A DNA stretch of 64,000 nt from Candidatus Omnitrophota bacterium. Lineage in GTDB: Bacteria; Omnitrophota; Gorgyraeia; Gygaellales; Profunditerraquicolaceae. Under the pieces are notes generated by a model. It was not told the DNA's origin. It did no database searches and worked only from the letters and a program-made list of their open reading frames with translations. Position 1 is the stretch's first letter; every line of letters begins with the position of its first letter. The DNA lies in the NCBI GenBank assembly GCA_028712255.1, contig JAQTQJ010000010.1, positions 8,097 through 72,096 of the forward strand. The letters run 5' to 3'. A program made the position numbers and the translations under genes. This document shows positions 48,683-58,659 of this stretch, in pieces.

Positions 48683-49726
48683 ATGATCAAAATAGTTTCT
48701 CCCATAACAAATATCAGCGAAGTCGATCCTTTGATTAACGCCGGCGCCAGTGAATTTTATTGCGGGGTAATGACTGAGCAGGAAAATAAATCACTGACCA
48801 ATATATATTGCCTTAACCGGCGTCCTTCTTTATTCTCAAATTTGTCCAGCTTCAAGGAATTGGAGGCTTTGGTTAAAAAAGCAAAAATACGTAAGGTAAA
48901 AGTTAATTTTACCCTTAATGAATTTTACACCGCAGATCAGTTTGAAAACGTCAAGGATCAGGTAAAAAAAGCCATCGATTGCGGGATAGATGCTTTTATT
49001 GCGGCAGATTTAGGGTTAATCAAAGAGCTGCAGAAATATAAGGATAGGGTAAAGACGCATATTGGCGTGGGCGCAACTACCTTTAATGCCTATACCGCCG
49101 GTTTTTATAAAGGTATGGGGGCTGAAAGGATAATTCTGCCCAGGCAACTGACTCTGGATGAGATCGGCGATATTTGTTCAAAAGAGAAAGGCCTTGAATT
49201 CGAGTGTTTGATTTTAAATGAGAGATGCCATTTTATCGATGGTTACTGTAATTTCTTGCATAGCGCATTTTCTTATCAAAACCCTTTGCTTAATCTTTTT
49301 AAATATGACCGTTTTAGGAATAAAATTTGGCAATTCTTACCGGCTGCAATTTCAAAAATGATCCACGTCCACGGCATGAAGAAAGAGGTAGCCTGCTGTT
49401 TTAATTATAAAGCAGAAACCAACTCAAGCCCTGCTTTATCGAAGAATAGGTCGAGCCTGGGCAATTTCTTTAATGCCGAAACTTTTTTAAATGCCTGCGG
49501 CGCATGTTCTCTTCAAGCATTAGACAAAGCGCAAATAAGCTTTGTAAAAATAGTCGGAAGGACATCTTTTAAGAACAAGGTAAAGGACGTCGAATTTATT
49601 GCTCGCTGCCTTAAACTTTTAAAAGAAGAAATTGGCGCAGGTTTTTGTAATGCCGTAGAGGATATTTATCGCCAAACCTATAAAAACCATTGCCGTAAAT
49701 CTTATTGTTATTATCCGAAAGAATAG
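48683..49726 (+). CDS. peptidase U32-like family protein
   Basis: The N-terminus MIKIVSPITNISEVDPLINAGASEFYCG resembles the U32 N-terminal box (ELLSPAG…A…GADAVYxG). Multiple conserved Cys. The likely start is the ATG at 48683. Confidence 0.45.
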   Translation: MIKIVSPITNISEVDPLINAGASEFYCGVMTEQENKSLTNIYCLNRRPSLFSNLSSFKELEALVKKAKIRKVKVNFTLNEFYTADQFENVKDQVKKAIDCGIDAFIAADLGLIKELQKYKDRVKTHIGVGATTFNAYTAGFYKGMGAERIILPRQLTLDEIGDICSKEKGLEFECLILNERCHFIDGYCNFLHSAFSYQNPLLNLFKYDRFRNKIWQFLPAAISKMIHVHGMKKEVACCFNYKAETNSSPALSKNRSSLGNFFNAETFLNACGACSLQALDKAQISFVKIVGRTSFKNKVKDVEFIARCLKLLKEEIGAGFCNAVEDIYRQTYKNHCRKSYCYYPKE

Positions 49727-49731
49727 TAAAT

Positions 49732-50541
49732 ATGGAATTCTGCATTTTCATAACCCGTTTGGATCAGTTGAATTCTTGGAATAAGAATTATAAAAGAATT
49801 TACTTTGGCAGTGAGTTTTGTAGCCATCTTATCCCGGAAAAAGAAGATTTGAATAGATTGCTTGATTTTGTCCAAATGAGAAACCTCTCCTTTTGTTTAG
49901 TCTCAGGTTATGCAACTAATCAGGAGATTAAGAAATATGAAGTCCTTTTAGATATTTTAATGAAACGTAAAGTAAGCGCCGAATTAATAATCAATGATTG
50001 GGGAGTGCTTGAGTTATCCCGTAATTTTGCCGTTATTCCCGTTTTGGGGCGTTTATTGATCAGGCAAAAGAAAGATCCGCAAATATTAAAAATTTTTAAT
50101 AAATTGCCGCCGATCACCAAAAAGCGCTATCAGGCAATAGCGCTTAATGAAAAATTTTCCGAACTTTTAAAAGAAAAAGGAATTAAGAGAATAGAAATTG
50201 ATAATCTGTTTCAGGGGGTTACTTTGGGCGATCTGGGGCGCGATTTCTCCTTTTCTTTATACACACCCTACGCCTATCTGACTACCACCCGGTTGTGCCC
50301 GTCTAATGCCAGTAATAACCGGCCGGCTAAAGCGCTTGAAATACCTTTTGCCTGCACGAAGGAGTGCCTGGACAGGCATATTATTATAAGGCATGTAAAT
50401 ATGCCTTATCCTCTGATTTTAAAAGGAAATACCATTTTTTATAGACAGAATAGTATCGGCCAAGCCTGTAAAGATAAAAGGATAGATAGGTTTATTTTCC
50501 AGCTTCCATTCGCCGAAAAAGTAAAGGGACAATGTTTTTAA
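49732..50541 (+). CDS. second U32-like / hypothetical protein (partner of the preceding gene)
   Basis: Similar N-terminal box (…KRIYFGSEFC…). Adjacent to the U32-like gene, as in two-gene U32 pairs. Weak. Confidence 0.35.
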   Translation: MEFCIFITRLDQLNSWNKNYKRIYFGSEFCSHLIPEKEDLNRLLDFVQMRNLSFCLVSGYATNQEIKKYEVLLDILMKRKVSAELIINDWGVLELSRNFAVIPVLGRLLIRQKKDPQILKIFNKLPPITKKRYQAIALNEKFSELLKEKGIKRIEIDNLFQGVTLGDLGRDFSFSLYTPYAYLTTTRLCPSNASNNRPAKALEIPFACTKECLDRHIIIRHVNMPYPLILKGNTIFYRQNSIGQACKDKRIDRFIFQLPFAEKVKGQCF

Positions 50542-51665
50542 TTATACTGATACTTATATTTATCCGACCCTTCATTTCTTCGTCGGCATTTGTTTATTTA
50601 AACTTTGTTTATTCCGCTTTGCTTTTGTTATTCTTGATTATGTATATCTATTCCAAAAAAATAGCTTTTTTCCCGGAGAAGAACTTCAACCATCCAGTTA
50701 CCTTTTTTATAGCGGCTTTAATCATTTCCCTGGTTTATTCTTTAGACCAAATATATAGTTTATTGGAAATTTATAAATATATCGGCGGTTTACTTTTATT
50801 CCTGGTGGTTTATTCTTTTCCAGAAGAAAAACAACGTTTGTTGCTGCGGGCAATAGCTGTTTGCGGATTATTAATTAGTTTTCTGGCTTTATATCAATAT
50901 TTTTTCGGATTTAAGCATCTTCGGGATTATTTTTCGACTAACAAAATACAATCTTCTTTTATCTCGGATTATATCAGGAATAAACGGGTTTTTGCGCCAT
51001 TTATAACTCCCGGTATCTTGGGCGGGTATTTAGCCATGATCCTGCCGCTGTGCCTGATTAATAAAAAAAGGTTTTGGTTTATTTTTCCCATATCTTTGGC
51101 CCTGTTTTTTACTAAATCCCTTTCAGCCATGCTTAGCCTGTTTTTCGGCCTGGCGATATATTTTTACCTACGAGGCAGATCGAAAAAGAAGGCTGTTTTT
51201 TACCTTATCCTTACTTTTCTATTTACGATTGTTGTTTTTGTTTTACGCAACGATTCAATAAGGGAGCATACCTTGCCTTTATTTTCTGTGGTAATGAGAT
51301 TAAATTACTGGAAGGATGCTTTTGGCATTATCGCAGTTCATCCCATTGTAGGTATTGGGCCGGGAAATTTTAGTTTAAATATGAGTAGATTCGCCCATAA
51401 CTCTTATATCCAGATTTGGGCTGAGTTAGGTATATTCGGATTATTTTCTTATATCTGGCTGGTATTTGAGGTTTTAAAAGCCGGATTTAAAAGCCTAAAA
51501 GGATCGGAGGATAAAAATAAAAGCAGCTGCCTTTTAGCGGCAGCGGCAGTATTTTTAATCCATAATTTTCTTGATTTTACTTTTTTTCTGCCAGAAACGG
51601 TCTTTATCTGGTGGGTAATCTTAGGGTTGATCGCCTCTTTGCCCAAGAAAGAGCAAATAGCGTAA
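50532..51665 (+). CDS. O-antigen ligase-like (Wzy_C domain) polytopic membrane protein
   Basis: About 10 TM with a periplasmic loop carrying …HNSYIQIWAELGIFGL… (Wzy_C/WaaL-type signature). Confidence 0.65.
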   Translation: MFLIILILIFIRPFISSSAFVYLNFVYSALLLLFLIMYIYSKKIAFFPEKNFNHPVTFFIAALIISLVYSLDQIYSLLEIYKYIGGLLLFLVVYSFPEEKQRLLLRAIAVCGLLISFLALYQYFFGFKHLRDYFSTNKIQSSFISDYIRNKRVFAPFITPGILGGYLAMILPLCLINKKRFWFIFPISLALFFTKSLSAMLSLFFGLAIYFYLRGRSKKKAVFYLILTFLFTIVVFVLRNDSIREHTLPLFSVVMRLNYWKDAFGIIAVHPIVGIGPGNFSLNMSRFAHNSYIQIWAELGIFGLFSYIWLVFEVLKAGFKSLKGSEDKNKSSCLLAAAAVFLIHNFLDFTFFLPETVFIWWVILGLIASLPKKEQIA

Positions 51666-51722
51666 AAAAGCATTTTTTTAGCGGGTTAAGTATGATAAAA
51701 TTACATAAAGCTTTCTGGCTGA

Positions 51723-52886
51723 ATGAATCATAAAATAAACCTTCTTTATATTATTACCAAGCTGGAATTGGGGGGAGCCCAAAGGCAGCTGTTAAGTTTG
51801 ATTGCCGGCCTTGACAAGGAAAAATACAGAGTTTTTTTGTTTTCCGCCAAAGAAGGTTTATTGGCCAAAGAAGCAGAGTTAATTCCCGGATTAACACTAA
51901 AGAAATCCAGATTCCTCGAACGGCCGGTTAATTTCATTAAAGATATCCTGGTTTTTATCGAAATCTGCGCCTTTATTAAAAAAAATAAGATTGAGCTGGT
52001 TCATACTCATAGTTCTAAAGCGGGGATTTTGGGTAGGTTTGCTGCCAGGGCCTGTAAAGTAACGGCGATTATCCATACAGTCCACGGTTGGAGTTTCAAC
52101 GATTATCAGCCGAGAATACTGCGTAATTTTTATCTTTTTTTTGAAAAACTATGCGCAAAATTCACCGGTAAAATAATCGTAGTTTCATATTCGGATAGGG
52201 AAAAAGGATTGAACAGTTCTATTGGCAGCCAAGGGCAATATGTTTTGATCAGGTACGGAATAAATGCAAGTGAATTTGCGGCAAGTGATTTACGTAATCA
52301 GGCCAGGCAGGCTTTGGGAATAAATAAAGATGAGCTTGCGGTAGGAATGGTTGCCTGTTTTAAACCCCAGAAATCGCCGTTAGATTTTGTAAAAATCGCC
52401 TTGGCCGTAAAAAAAGAAATTTGCGGCATAAAATTTATTATGGTCGGAGACGGACAGCTGCGCAATAAGGTCTCCTTGTTGATTAAGGAACTTGGTTTGC
52501 AGGATAAGATAATTTTAACCGGTTGGCGGCCAGACATAGCCTTTATCTTATCAGCTTTAGATATTTTTATTTTGACTTCATTGTGGGAAGGGTTACCAAT
52601 AGCAGTCCTTGAGGCCATGGCAGCAGGTAAACCGATAATTGCTACTGATACAGGGGGGATTAGTGAAGTCATCGAAAACGGAAAAAACGGTTATTTAGTC
52701 AAGCCTCAAGACAACCAGGCTATGCAAAACCGGATTACAGAATTATTAAGAAGCAGGCAAAAAAGGGAAGAATTTATAAGCTTGGGCAGGGCGAGGATTG
52801 ATTCGGAAGAATTTTTATTAACTAAAATGGTCAGAGCTACCGGGGAATTATATTTAAATCTTTGGGAGGAAGCCCGAAATGCTTAA
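51723..52886 (+). CDS. glycosyltransferase family 4 (GT-B, retaining)
   Basis: C-terminal …EGLPIAVLEAMAAGKPIIATDTGG… E-x7-E motif region. Confidence 0.85.
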   Translation: MNHKINLLYIITKLELGGAQRQLLSLIAGLDKEKYRVFLFSAKEGLLAKEAELIPGLTLKKSRFLERPVNFIKDILVFIEICAFIKKNKIELVHTHSSKAGILGRFAARACKVTAIIHTVHGWSFNDYQPRILRNFYLFFEKLCAKFTGKIIVVSYSDREKGLNSSIGSQGQYVLIRYGINASEFAASDLRNQARQALGINKDELAVGMVACFKPQKSPLDFVKIALAVKKEICGIKFIMVGDGQLRNKVSLLIKELGLQDKIILTGWRPDIAFILSALDIFILTSLWEGLPIAVLEAMAAGKPIIATDTGGISEVIENGKNGYLVKPQDNQAMQNRITELLRSRQKREEFISLGRARIDSEEFLLTKMVRATGELYLNLWEEARNA

Positions 52887-53862
52887 TTTTATCGTTGTTT
52901 TTTTATCAGCATTAACATTCACCATAGTATTCACGTTTTTTCTGTCGAAGATTTCTTTAAAATTCAATCTGCTTAAAACCGGCCAAATTCCTTTGGTTGG
53001 CGGTTTAGCTGCTGGGTTAGCTTTTATTATATCTCTGGCTTTGAGCATTATTATGTTTAATCTGGCTGCGGGTAAGGTTTTGGTTATAGCCGGGGCAAGC
53101 TTACTTATGCTTTTACTGGGTGTAATCGATGATTTAAAAGAACTTTCAGTAATCCAGAAATTATTAGGGCAAGCATTTTGCGCAATTTTATTGATGGCCT
53201 CCGGTATAAGGACCGAGATTATATATTTTGGTTTCTGGTTGAATTCGCTAATTACCTTTATCTGGATTTTGGGAATAACCAATGCCTTTAATCTTCTTGA
53301 CATCATGGACGGCCTGGCCGGCGGAGTGACTTTTATTGTAGCCAGCGCCTTTTTGCTGATCGGCTATTTTAATGCGGATTTAAACGTCCAGATTTTAAGC
53401 CTTATTTTATGCGTTTCCAGCGCCGGGTTTTTATTTTTTAATCTTTCTCCGGCAAAGGTATATTTAGGTAATTCCGGGAGCCATTTTTTCGGTTTCCTTG
53501 TGGCATCACTTGCTTTAATTACCCAATATGCATCCTCAAGCAATGCTTTTGCTTTAGCCACCCCGGTAATGATAGTAGGTTTGCCAGTCATAGATACGGT
53601 GTTACTTGTACTTTTCCGGCTGATTAAAAAAAGGCCGCCTTTTAAAAAAAGCAATGACCATATAGCTTTAAAAATAGGCTCTTTGGGGGTTTCACCCCTT
53701 AAGACTATCCTGATTATGTATTTACTGGGAGCTATTTTTGCTGCCTGCGGAGTTGGATTATCTAGAGTAAACAATATCTTCGGAGCCGTTATCATTATTT
53801 GTGTTTTCTTGCTTAGTATAGGAATCTTTTTGAAATTTGTGAAGATCGAAACGAATGTCTGA
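52879..53862 (+). CDS. WecA/MraY-family polyprenyl-phosphate N-acetylhexosamine-1-phosphate transferase (initiating enzyme)
   Basis: …NAFNLLDIMDGLAGG… and polytopic topology. 327 aa. Confidence 0.85.
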   Translation: MLNFIVVFLSALTFTIVFTFFLSKISLKFNLLKTGQIPLVGGLAAGLAFIISLALSIIMFNLAAGKVLVIAGASLLMLLLGVIDDLKELSVIQKLLGQAFCAILLMASGIRTEIIYFGFWLNSLITFIWILGITNAFNLLDIMDGLAGGVTFIVASAFLLIGYFNADLNVQILSLILCVSSAGFLFFNLSPAKVYLGNSGSHFFGFLVASLALITQYASSSNAFALATPVMIVGLPVIDTVLLVLFRLIKKRPPFKKSNDHIALKIGSLGVSPLKTILIMYLLGAIFAACGVGLSRVNNIFGAVIIICVFLLSIGIFLKFVKIETNV

Positions 53863-55168
53863 AAAGATAATTATTTTAGGGGCCGGGCTTTCGGGGTTAA
53901 GCGCCGCCTGGCATTTAAAAGAAAAAGGGCTTAAAGCCAGCGTATATGAAAAGGAAGGTAGCGTAGGAGGGCTTTGCCGTTCGAAAAAAAGCGGTAATTT
54001 TATTTTTGATTATGACGGGCACCTTTTGCATTTTCAAAACAACTATGCTTTTGAACTGGTAAAAAAATTACTCAAAGGTAATCTTGCCCACCACGAAAGA
54101 TGCGCCTGGATAAGCAATTTTGGGATTTTTAGCCGCTACCCTTTCCAGGTAAATCTGCATGCTCTACCGAAAAAAGTGGCGATTGAATGCCTCTGGGGTT
54201 TCTTGCGGGTTTGCAATACAAGGTCTTCCGGAGACAGAAAAAATTTCCTTAAATGGATAAATGCAAACCTGGGGCAGGGAATCGCGAAATATTTCATGAT
54301 TCCCTACAATGAAAAATTCTGGACAGTCCCGTTAAGCCAGATGGTTTGTTCTACTTGGACAGATAAATTTATTCCTCAGGTATATCTTTACGACATAGTC
54401 AGCGGATTTTTCGGGACCAACGGCTCTGGTTTCGGTTATAACGCTTGTTTTTGGTACCCCAAAAAAGGGGGGATAATCCAGTTGCCATTAGCTTTTGAGA
54501 AGCAAGCCGGGCCGATCTTTAAAAACTGCCTTATAACCGGCATTGATCTTAAAAATAAAGAAATAACAATCAAGGGCAGGAGTAAAGAGAAGTTTGACCA
54601 GTTGATTTATACAATTCCTTTGCCGGAATTAGTTAAAATAGCCGGTCCACTGCCCAAGAGAATAATTGAAAACCTTAATCAGCTACGCTGGAATTCGATT
54701 TTTAATCTGAATCTGGCGGTAGAAGGCAGGGTTCATCCCGGTAAGCATTGGGTTTATTTTCCTCAAAAAAATACTGTTTTTTTTAGGGCCGGTTTTTACC
54801 ACAATTTTTCCGCTAGTAATGCGCCGGATAGAAAAAGCTCCCTATATACAGAGGTTTCATATTCCAAAGATAAACCGATCGATAAAAAAACTGTCATAAG
54901 CCGGATTTTAAATGGTCTCCACTCGAAAAATATTATCGGCAGAAAGAATAAAATCCTGACTATGGATCAAAATGATATAAATTACGGATATCCTATTTAT
55001 GACAGTAACTACCTCAGGGTAACGGCGGAAATTAAAGAATTTTTAGCTGCCAAGGATATAATTGCCTGCGGCCGCTACGGTTCCTGGAAATATATGTCAA
55101 TGGAGGATTCCATCTTGGACGGGAAACTGGCTGCTTCCAAGATCCTAAAAAAATGCTCAAAAGATTAA
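53855..55168 (+). CDS. FAD-dependent oxidoreductase, UDP-galactopyranose mutase / amine-oxidase-like
   Basis: N-terminal Rossmann IIILGAGLSGLSAAWHL…E…GGLCRS. …DGHLLHF… recalls the UGM HxFH region. 437 aa. Confidence 0.55.
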   Translation: MSEKIIILGAGLSGLSAAWHLKEKGLKASVYEKEGSVGGLCRSKKSGNFIFDYDGHLLHFQNNYAFELVKKLLKGNLAHHERCAWISNFGIFSRYPFQVNLHALPKKVAIECLWGFLRVCNTRSSGDRKNFLKWINANLGQGIAKYFMIPYNEKFWTVPLSQMVCSTWTDKFIPQVYLYDIVSGFFGTNGSGFGYNACFWYPKKGGIIQLPLAFEKQAGPIFKNCLITGIDLKNKEITIKGRSKEKFDQLIYTIPLPELVKIAGPLPKRIIENLNQLRWNSIFNLNLAVEGRVHPGKHWVYFPQKNTVFFRAGFYHNFSASNAPDRKSSLYTEVSYSKDKPIDKKTVISRILNGLHSKNIIGRKNKILTMDQNDINYGYPIYDSNYLRVTAEIKEFLAAKDIIACGRYGSWKYMSMEDSILDGKLAASKILKKCSKD

Positions 55169-55929
55169 AAAACTTATATTTATACCGGCATACTTTATGG
55201 GATATGTCTTTAAAGCAGGTCAAAGCCAAATATACGGCTTCCTTCTTGGGTATCTTTTGGGCGGTGATTAACCCGCTTTTAATTATGTCGGCCATAAGTT
55301 TTGTTTTTGCAGTGATTTTTAGAATCGAAATAAAAAACTTTTCTTTATTTATACTCGCCGGTATTTATCCCTGGCTGTTTTTTTCTTCCGTTTTATCTGA
55401 GTCGGCAGGGGCGATCCTTAATCAACAGACTATCCTTCACCAATTTAACCTGCCGCGTGAAATCCTCCCTTTAAGCCTTTCTTTAGCGGGCTTTTTTAAT
55501 TTCCTTGGCGGATGGCTGGTAGTTTACCCGGTTTTCTTATTTTTTAACCCTCATATAATTTACCTTTTTCCGTTATTAATACTTATTTTAGCGCTTAATT
55601 TTATATTCCTTTGCGGCCTGAGTTTGGCTTTGTCAGTTCTAAATATATTCTTCCGCGATCTTGAGCATATGCTGGGTACTTTATTAATGTTTTGGTTTTG
55701 GGTTACCCCGGTGTTTTATTCCATCGAAATGGTCCCTGAGAAATTCCGCTGGTTAACTAACCTCAACCCGATGTCTGCTTATATCATTTATTATTGCGAC
55801 GTTTTATACCGGGGTGTTATACCGCAGGAAGTTACTTTTATCAGGGTTTTCCTTTGGGCTTTAGTAAGCATCTTGAGCGGTTTTCTAATTTTTATCAGAC
55901 TGGAAAAAAAGATTTTAAAAAGGATATAA
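55153..55929 (+). CDS. ABC-2 type polysaccharide exporter permease (Wzm/TagG-like)
   Basis: 258 aa, 6 TM, typical ABC-2 family. Immediately upstream of the ATPase. Confidence 0.8.
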   Translation: MLKRLKNLYLYRHTLWDMSLKQVKAKYTASFLGIFWAVINPLLIMSAISFVFAVIFRIEIKNFSLFILAGIYPWLFFSSVLSESAGAILNQQTILHQFNLPREILPLSLSLAGFFNFLGGWLVVYPVFLFFNPHIIYLFPLLILILALNFIFLCGLSLALSVLNIFFRDLEHMLGTLLMFWFWVTPVFYSIEMVPEKFRWLTNLNPMSAYIIYYCDVLYRGVIPQEVTFIRVFLWALVSILSGFLIFIRLEKKILKRI

Positions 55930-55935
55930 CTAAAT

Positions 55936-58659
55936 ATGGACCGGATTGTATTTTGTGACCTTTGGGCAATGTACAGAATTAAATTTATCATTGACTCAAA
56001 GCCTAAATGGGAAAACTTTTGGGCTTTAAAAGGGATTAATTTTAAAGTAGAGCAAGGCGAAGTTGTCGGGATAATCGGTGAAAACGGGGCAGGTAAATCG
56101 ACTATCTTAAAAATAATCGCCGGCATGATATCTTCTGACCGGGGGCAAGTTCAAGTGTCGGGGAGGATCTCGGGCCTTTTGGAGTTAGGGGCTGGTTTTC
56201 AGCCGGAACTGACCGGAAGCGAAAATATTTATTTGATTGCCGGGTTGTTTGGGCTGAGCAGGCTTGAGGTCGAATCAATATATGAAGAGATATTAAGCTT
56301 TGCCGACATAGGAAAATTCATAAATGCCCCGGTTAAATGTTATTCTCAGGGTATGTTTGTAAGGCTGGCTTTTGCCATTGCCATAAATGTAAACTCCGAT
56401 ATTATTCTGATTGACGACACCCTGGCAGTGGGCGATGAGTATTTCCAGAAAAAATGTATTAAGAAGATTTTTGAGCTAAAAGACCAGGGCAAAACCATTA
56501 TTTTTGTTACTCATGATATGGAGGTCGTCCGTCGTTTGTGCCAGCGGGCTATTTTTCTTAAAGACGGCAAGATTGTAAAAGACGGCCCGGTCAACCAGGC
56601 TATTCCTTTATACGCCCAGACTTCCGGGGCAAAAGAAGGAGTGGGTATCTTAAAAAGCGGACATTTAAGCATTATTTTCAATAATGGGCGCCTGTTATTT
56701 AATTGGAAAGACCGCTTGTTGACTCCGGGATTAGGGGGACATACCATTCTGGGCATTATGAATAAACAGTATAATTCTACCCAGGCAGATTGGTTGGTTG
56801 AAAAACAGGATGATCAAAAAATTATTGCCAAGGGCAAATTTAACCAGCTTAACGTCGAGCAAACCTGGCAAATAGAAATAGATAAGGACCTGGGTTTAAA
56901 GTGGGATATCGGGATTAAATCTTCCGATAGGGAGCAGGTTTCAGAATGCCAAGCCAATATTATGCTGGTTAAAGAATATGGCAGCTGGTCTACCGGAATA
57001 GAAAAGGGCGACTTTCCGATTACTGAACAGACAAATAAGGCCTGGCAGCATCTTTTAGGAAATAATATTTTCAGGAAAGTAATCGGGGTAGATATGGCAG
57101 CTGGCCCGGATTTTTCCCTTCCTTCTTTATTTTTTGAAAGATCCTCAAGTATGGAGCCGAATTCCCCGCAGATTCTCAATACGGATTACCTTTTTAACTG
57201 CCGGATGCTTCAATACAAAATTTCCGGTTTGAATAACTTGCTTACCTTCCAGCAAAACTCGGCTGATCTATTTTCAGGTAAGATTATTTTTGATGTTTTT
57301 AACCAAGAAAGCTACTTTGAACAGATTAACCAGGATTTTATTTTGTCTTCTAAAGATACCAGTCTGATCTTTGCAAACGGAGAAGCGATACTTTCATATA
57401 AAGGATTAAGCTTGACTAAAAACAGCCATTTAAATACCTCCATTAATATTGCCGGAAAATGGTATGATTCAGCTTGCGCAAATTGGGAATTTAAGAGGCA
57501 AGCCCAAAATCTAATTGTCGGATTTGGTTCTTGGCCAGGACTGCTTTTAAAACAGGTTTGGGAGTTTGAAATTCATAAAGAAGGGGCTTTTTTATGGAAG
57601 GTATGGCTACAGGTTGAGAAAGAAACCGATATACAGCAGCAGCGTTTACAATTTATGTGCACAGGTAAATACAGGAATTTTTTTACAGAGTACTCAGGCG
57701 GAGAATTTTCGGATAAGTTTTTTGAAACAGAATCGGATATGCTGCAAAGGTGTGTTTCCACAGGAACAATCGGATTAAGCGGCCAAGATGATAAATTACC
57801 GGTTTTAAGTTTATCGTTTTCGCCAAACTCCGGAAATTTTGCCAAAATCCTTAATTCTGATTTTTACCATAAGGCCCGCATATTAAGGATTGAAAAAATC
57901 GATCCGGAAGAAGAAACTATCTTTAAGCCCGGCAGATACAAATCATTTGAAATAGAAGCCCGGTTAGATGCGGCCAAGGAGTTGCAAAAAAATAACCTTC
58001 CGAATGCAATCGAAAAGGGAAGGTTAAAATTTATTTTTGACCGGGGGAAAGGATCGGTTTTCTGGGAGGGCAGGGAACTTACTAAAAAACTGGGTTTTTA
58101 TACCTCTTTACGTTCCTGCGGCCGTTGGCATGATTCCGTGTCTTCGGCTGATTGGAAGATTGAAGGGCAGGATAATAGTTCGATCAGGGTGAAGGGAAAA
58201 TGGCTGCATTTACCGATTTCCCAGGTCTGGAAGCTAAATTTACCCGAAGAGGGGGTAATTGAATTCAATGTTTTTTTAGAAGTAAACGAGAAGATAGTTT
58301 TCGAGCGCTTGCAGGCTAATCTTATGCTTTTGGAGAAATACACTGATTGGGTGGCTAAAGAGAATAAAGGAAAATTTCCGGTTTTTGCCGCAGATATAAC
58401 CGATGATTGGCAACAGGTTTATCGGGCTGATAGTAAATTTATCGGAGTTTTTTCAAAGCCAGAAAAGAAAGTCTTGCCCGAAATATTGTTTGCCCCCCTT
58501 TCTTTAAAAGCCGATTGGTCCTTAAATATTCTAAATTCGGATCTTTACCATCGGGGTAGGGTGCTTCAGTTCTTAAATGCCAACAATACCGTCCTTGAGC
58601 CAGGACAGCATCCTTACGCCCACGGTTTAATCAGCGTTGCTAAAAAAACTGATGTCTAA
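55936..58659 (+). CDS. ABC transporter ATP-binding protein (Wzt-like) with a roughly 650-aa C-terminal extension of three tandem repeats
   Basis: Walker A GENGAGKST, signature YSQGM, Walker B IILIDD. After about aa 235 come three roughly 115-aa repeats sharing IF.NG…L.[WY]K…LT…G.W.DS.A.W……Q.W..E[IL]……Q.N[IL]ML[VL].[EK]Y..W. Confidence 0.85.
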   Translation: MDRIVFCDLWAMYRIKFIIDSKPKWENFWALKGINFKVEQGEVVGIIGENGAGKSTILKIIAGMISSDRGQVQVSGRISGLLELGAGFQPELTGSENIYLIAGLFGLSRLEVESIYEEILSFADIGKFINAPVKCYSQGMFVRLAFAIAINVNSDIILIDDTLAVGDEYFQKKCIKKIFELKDQGKTIIFVTHDMEVVRRLCQRAIFLKDGKIVKDGPVNQAIPLYAQTSGAKEGVGILKSGHLSIIFNNGRLLFNWKDRLLTPGLGGHTILGIMNKQYNSTQADWLVEKQDDQKIIAKGKFNQLNVEQTWQIEIDKDLGLKWDIGIKSSDREQVSECQANIMLVKEYGSWSTGIEKGDFPITEQTNKAWQHLLGNNIFRKVIGVDMAAGPDFSLPSLFFERSSSMEPNSPQILNTDYLFNCRMLQYKISGLNNLLTFQQNSADLFSGKIIFDVFNQESYFEQINQDFILSSKDTSLIFANGEAILSYKGLSLTKNSHLNTSINIAGKWYDSACANWEFKRQAQNLIVGFGSWPGLLLKQVWEFEIHKEGAFLWKVWLQVEKETDIQQQRLQFMCTGKYRNFFTEYSGGEFSDKFFETESDMLQRCVSTGTIGLSGQDDKLPVLSLSFSPNSGNFAKILNSDFYHKARILRIEKIDPEEETIFKPGRYKSFEIEARLDAAKELQKNNLPNAIEKGRLKFIFDRGKGSVFWEGRELTKKLGFYTSLRSCGRWHDSVSSADWKIEGQDNSSIRVKGKWLHLPISQVWKLNLPEEGVIEFNVFLEVNEKIVFERLQANLMLLEKYTDWVAKENKGKFPVFAADITDDWQQVYRADSKFIGVFSKPEKKVLPEILFAPLSLKADWSLNILNSDLYHRGRVLQFLNANNTVLEPGQHPYAHGLISVAKKTDV

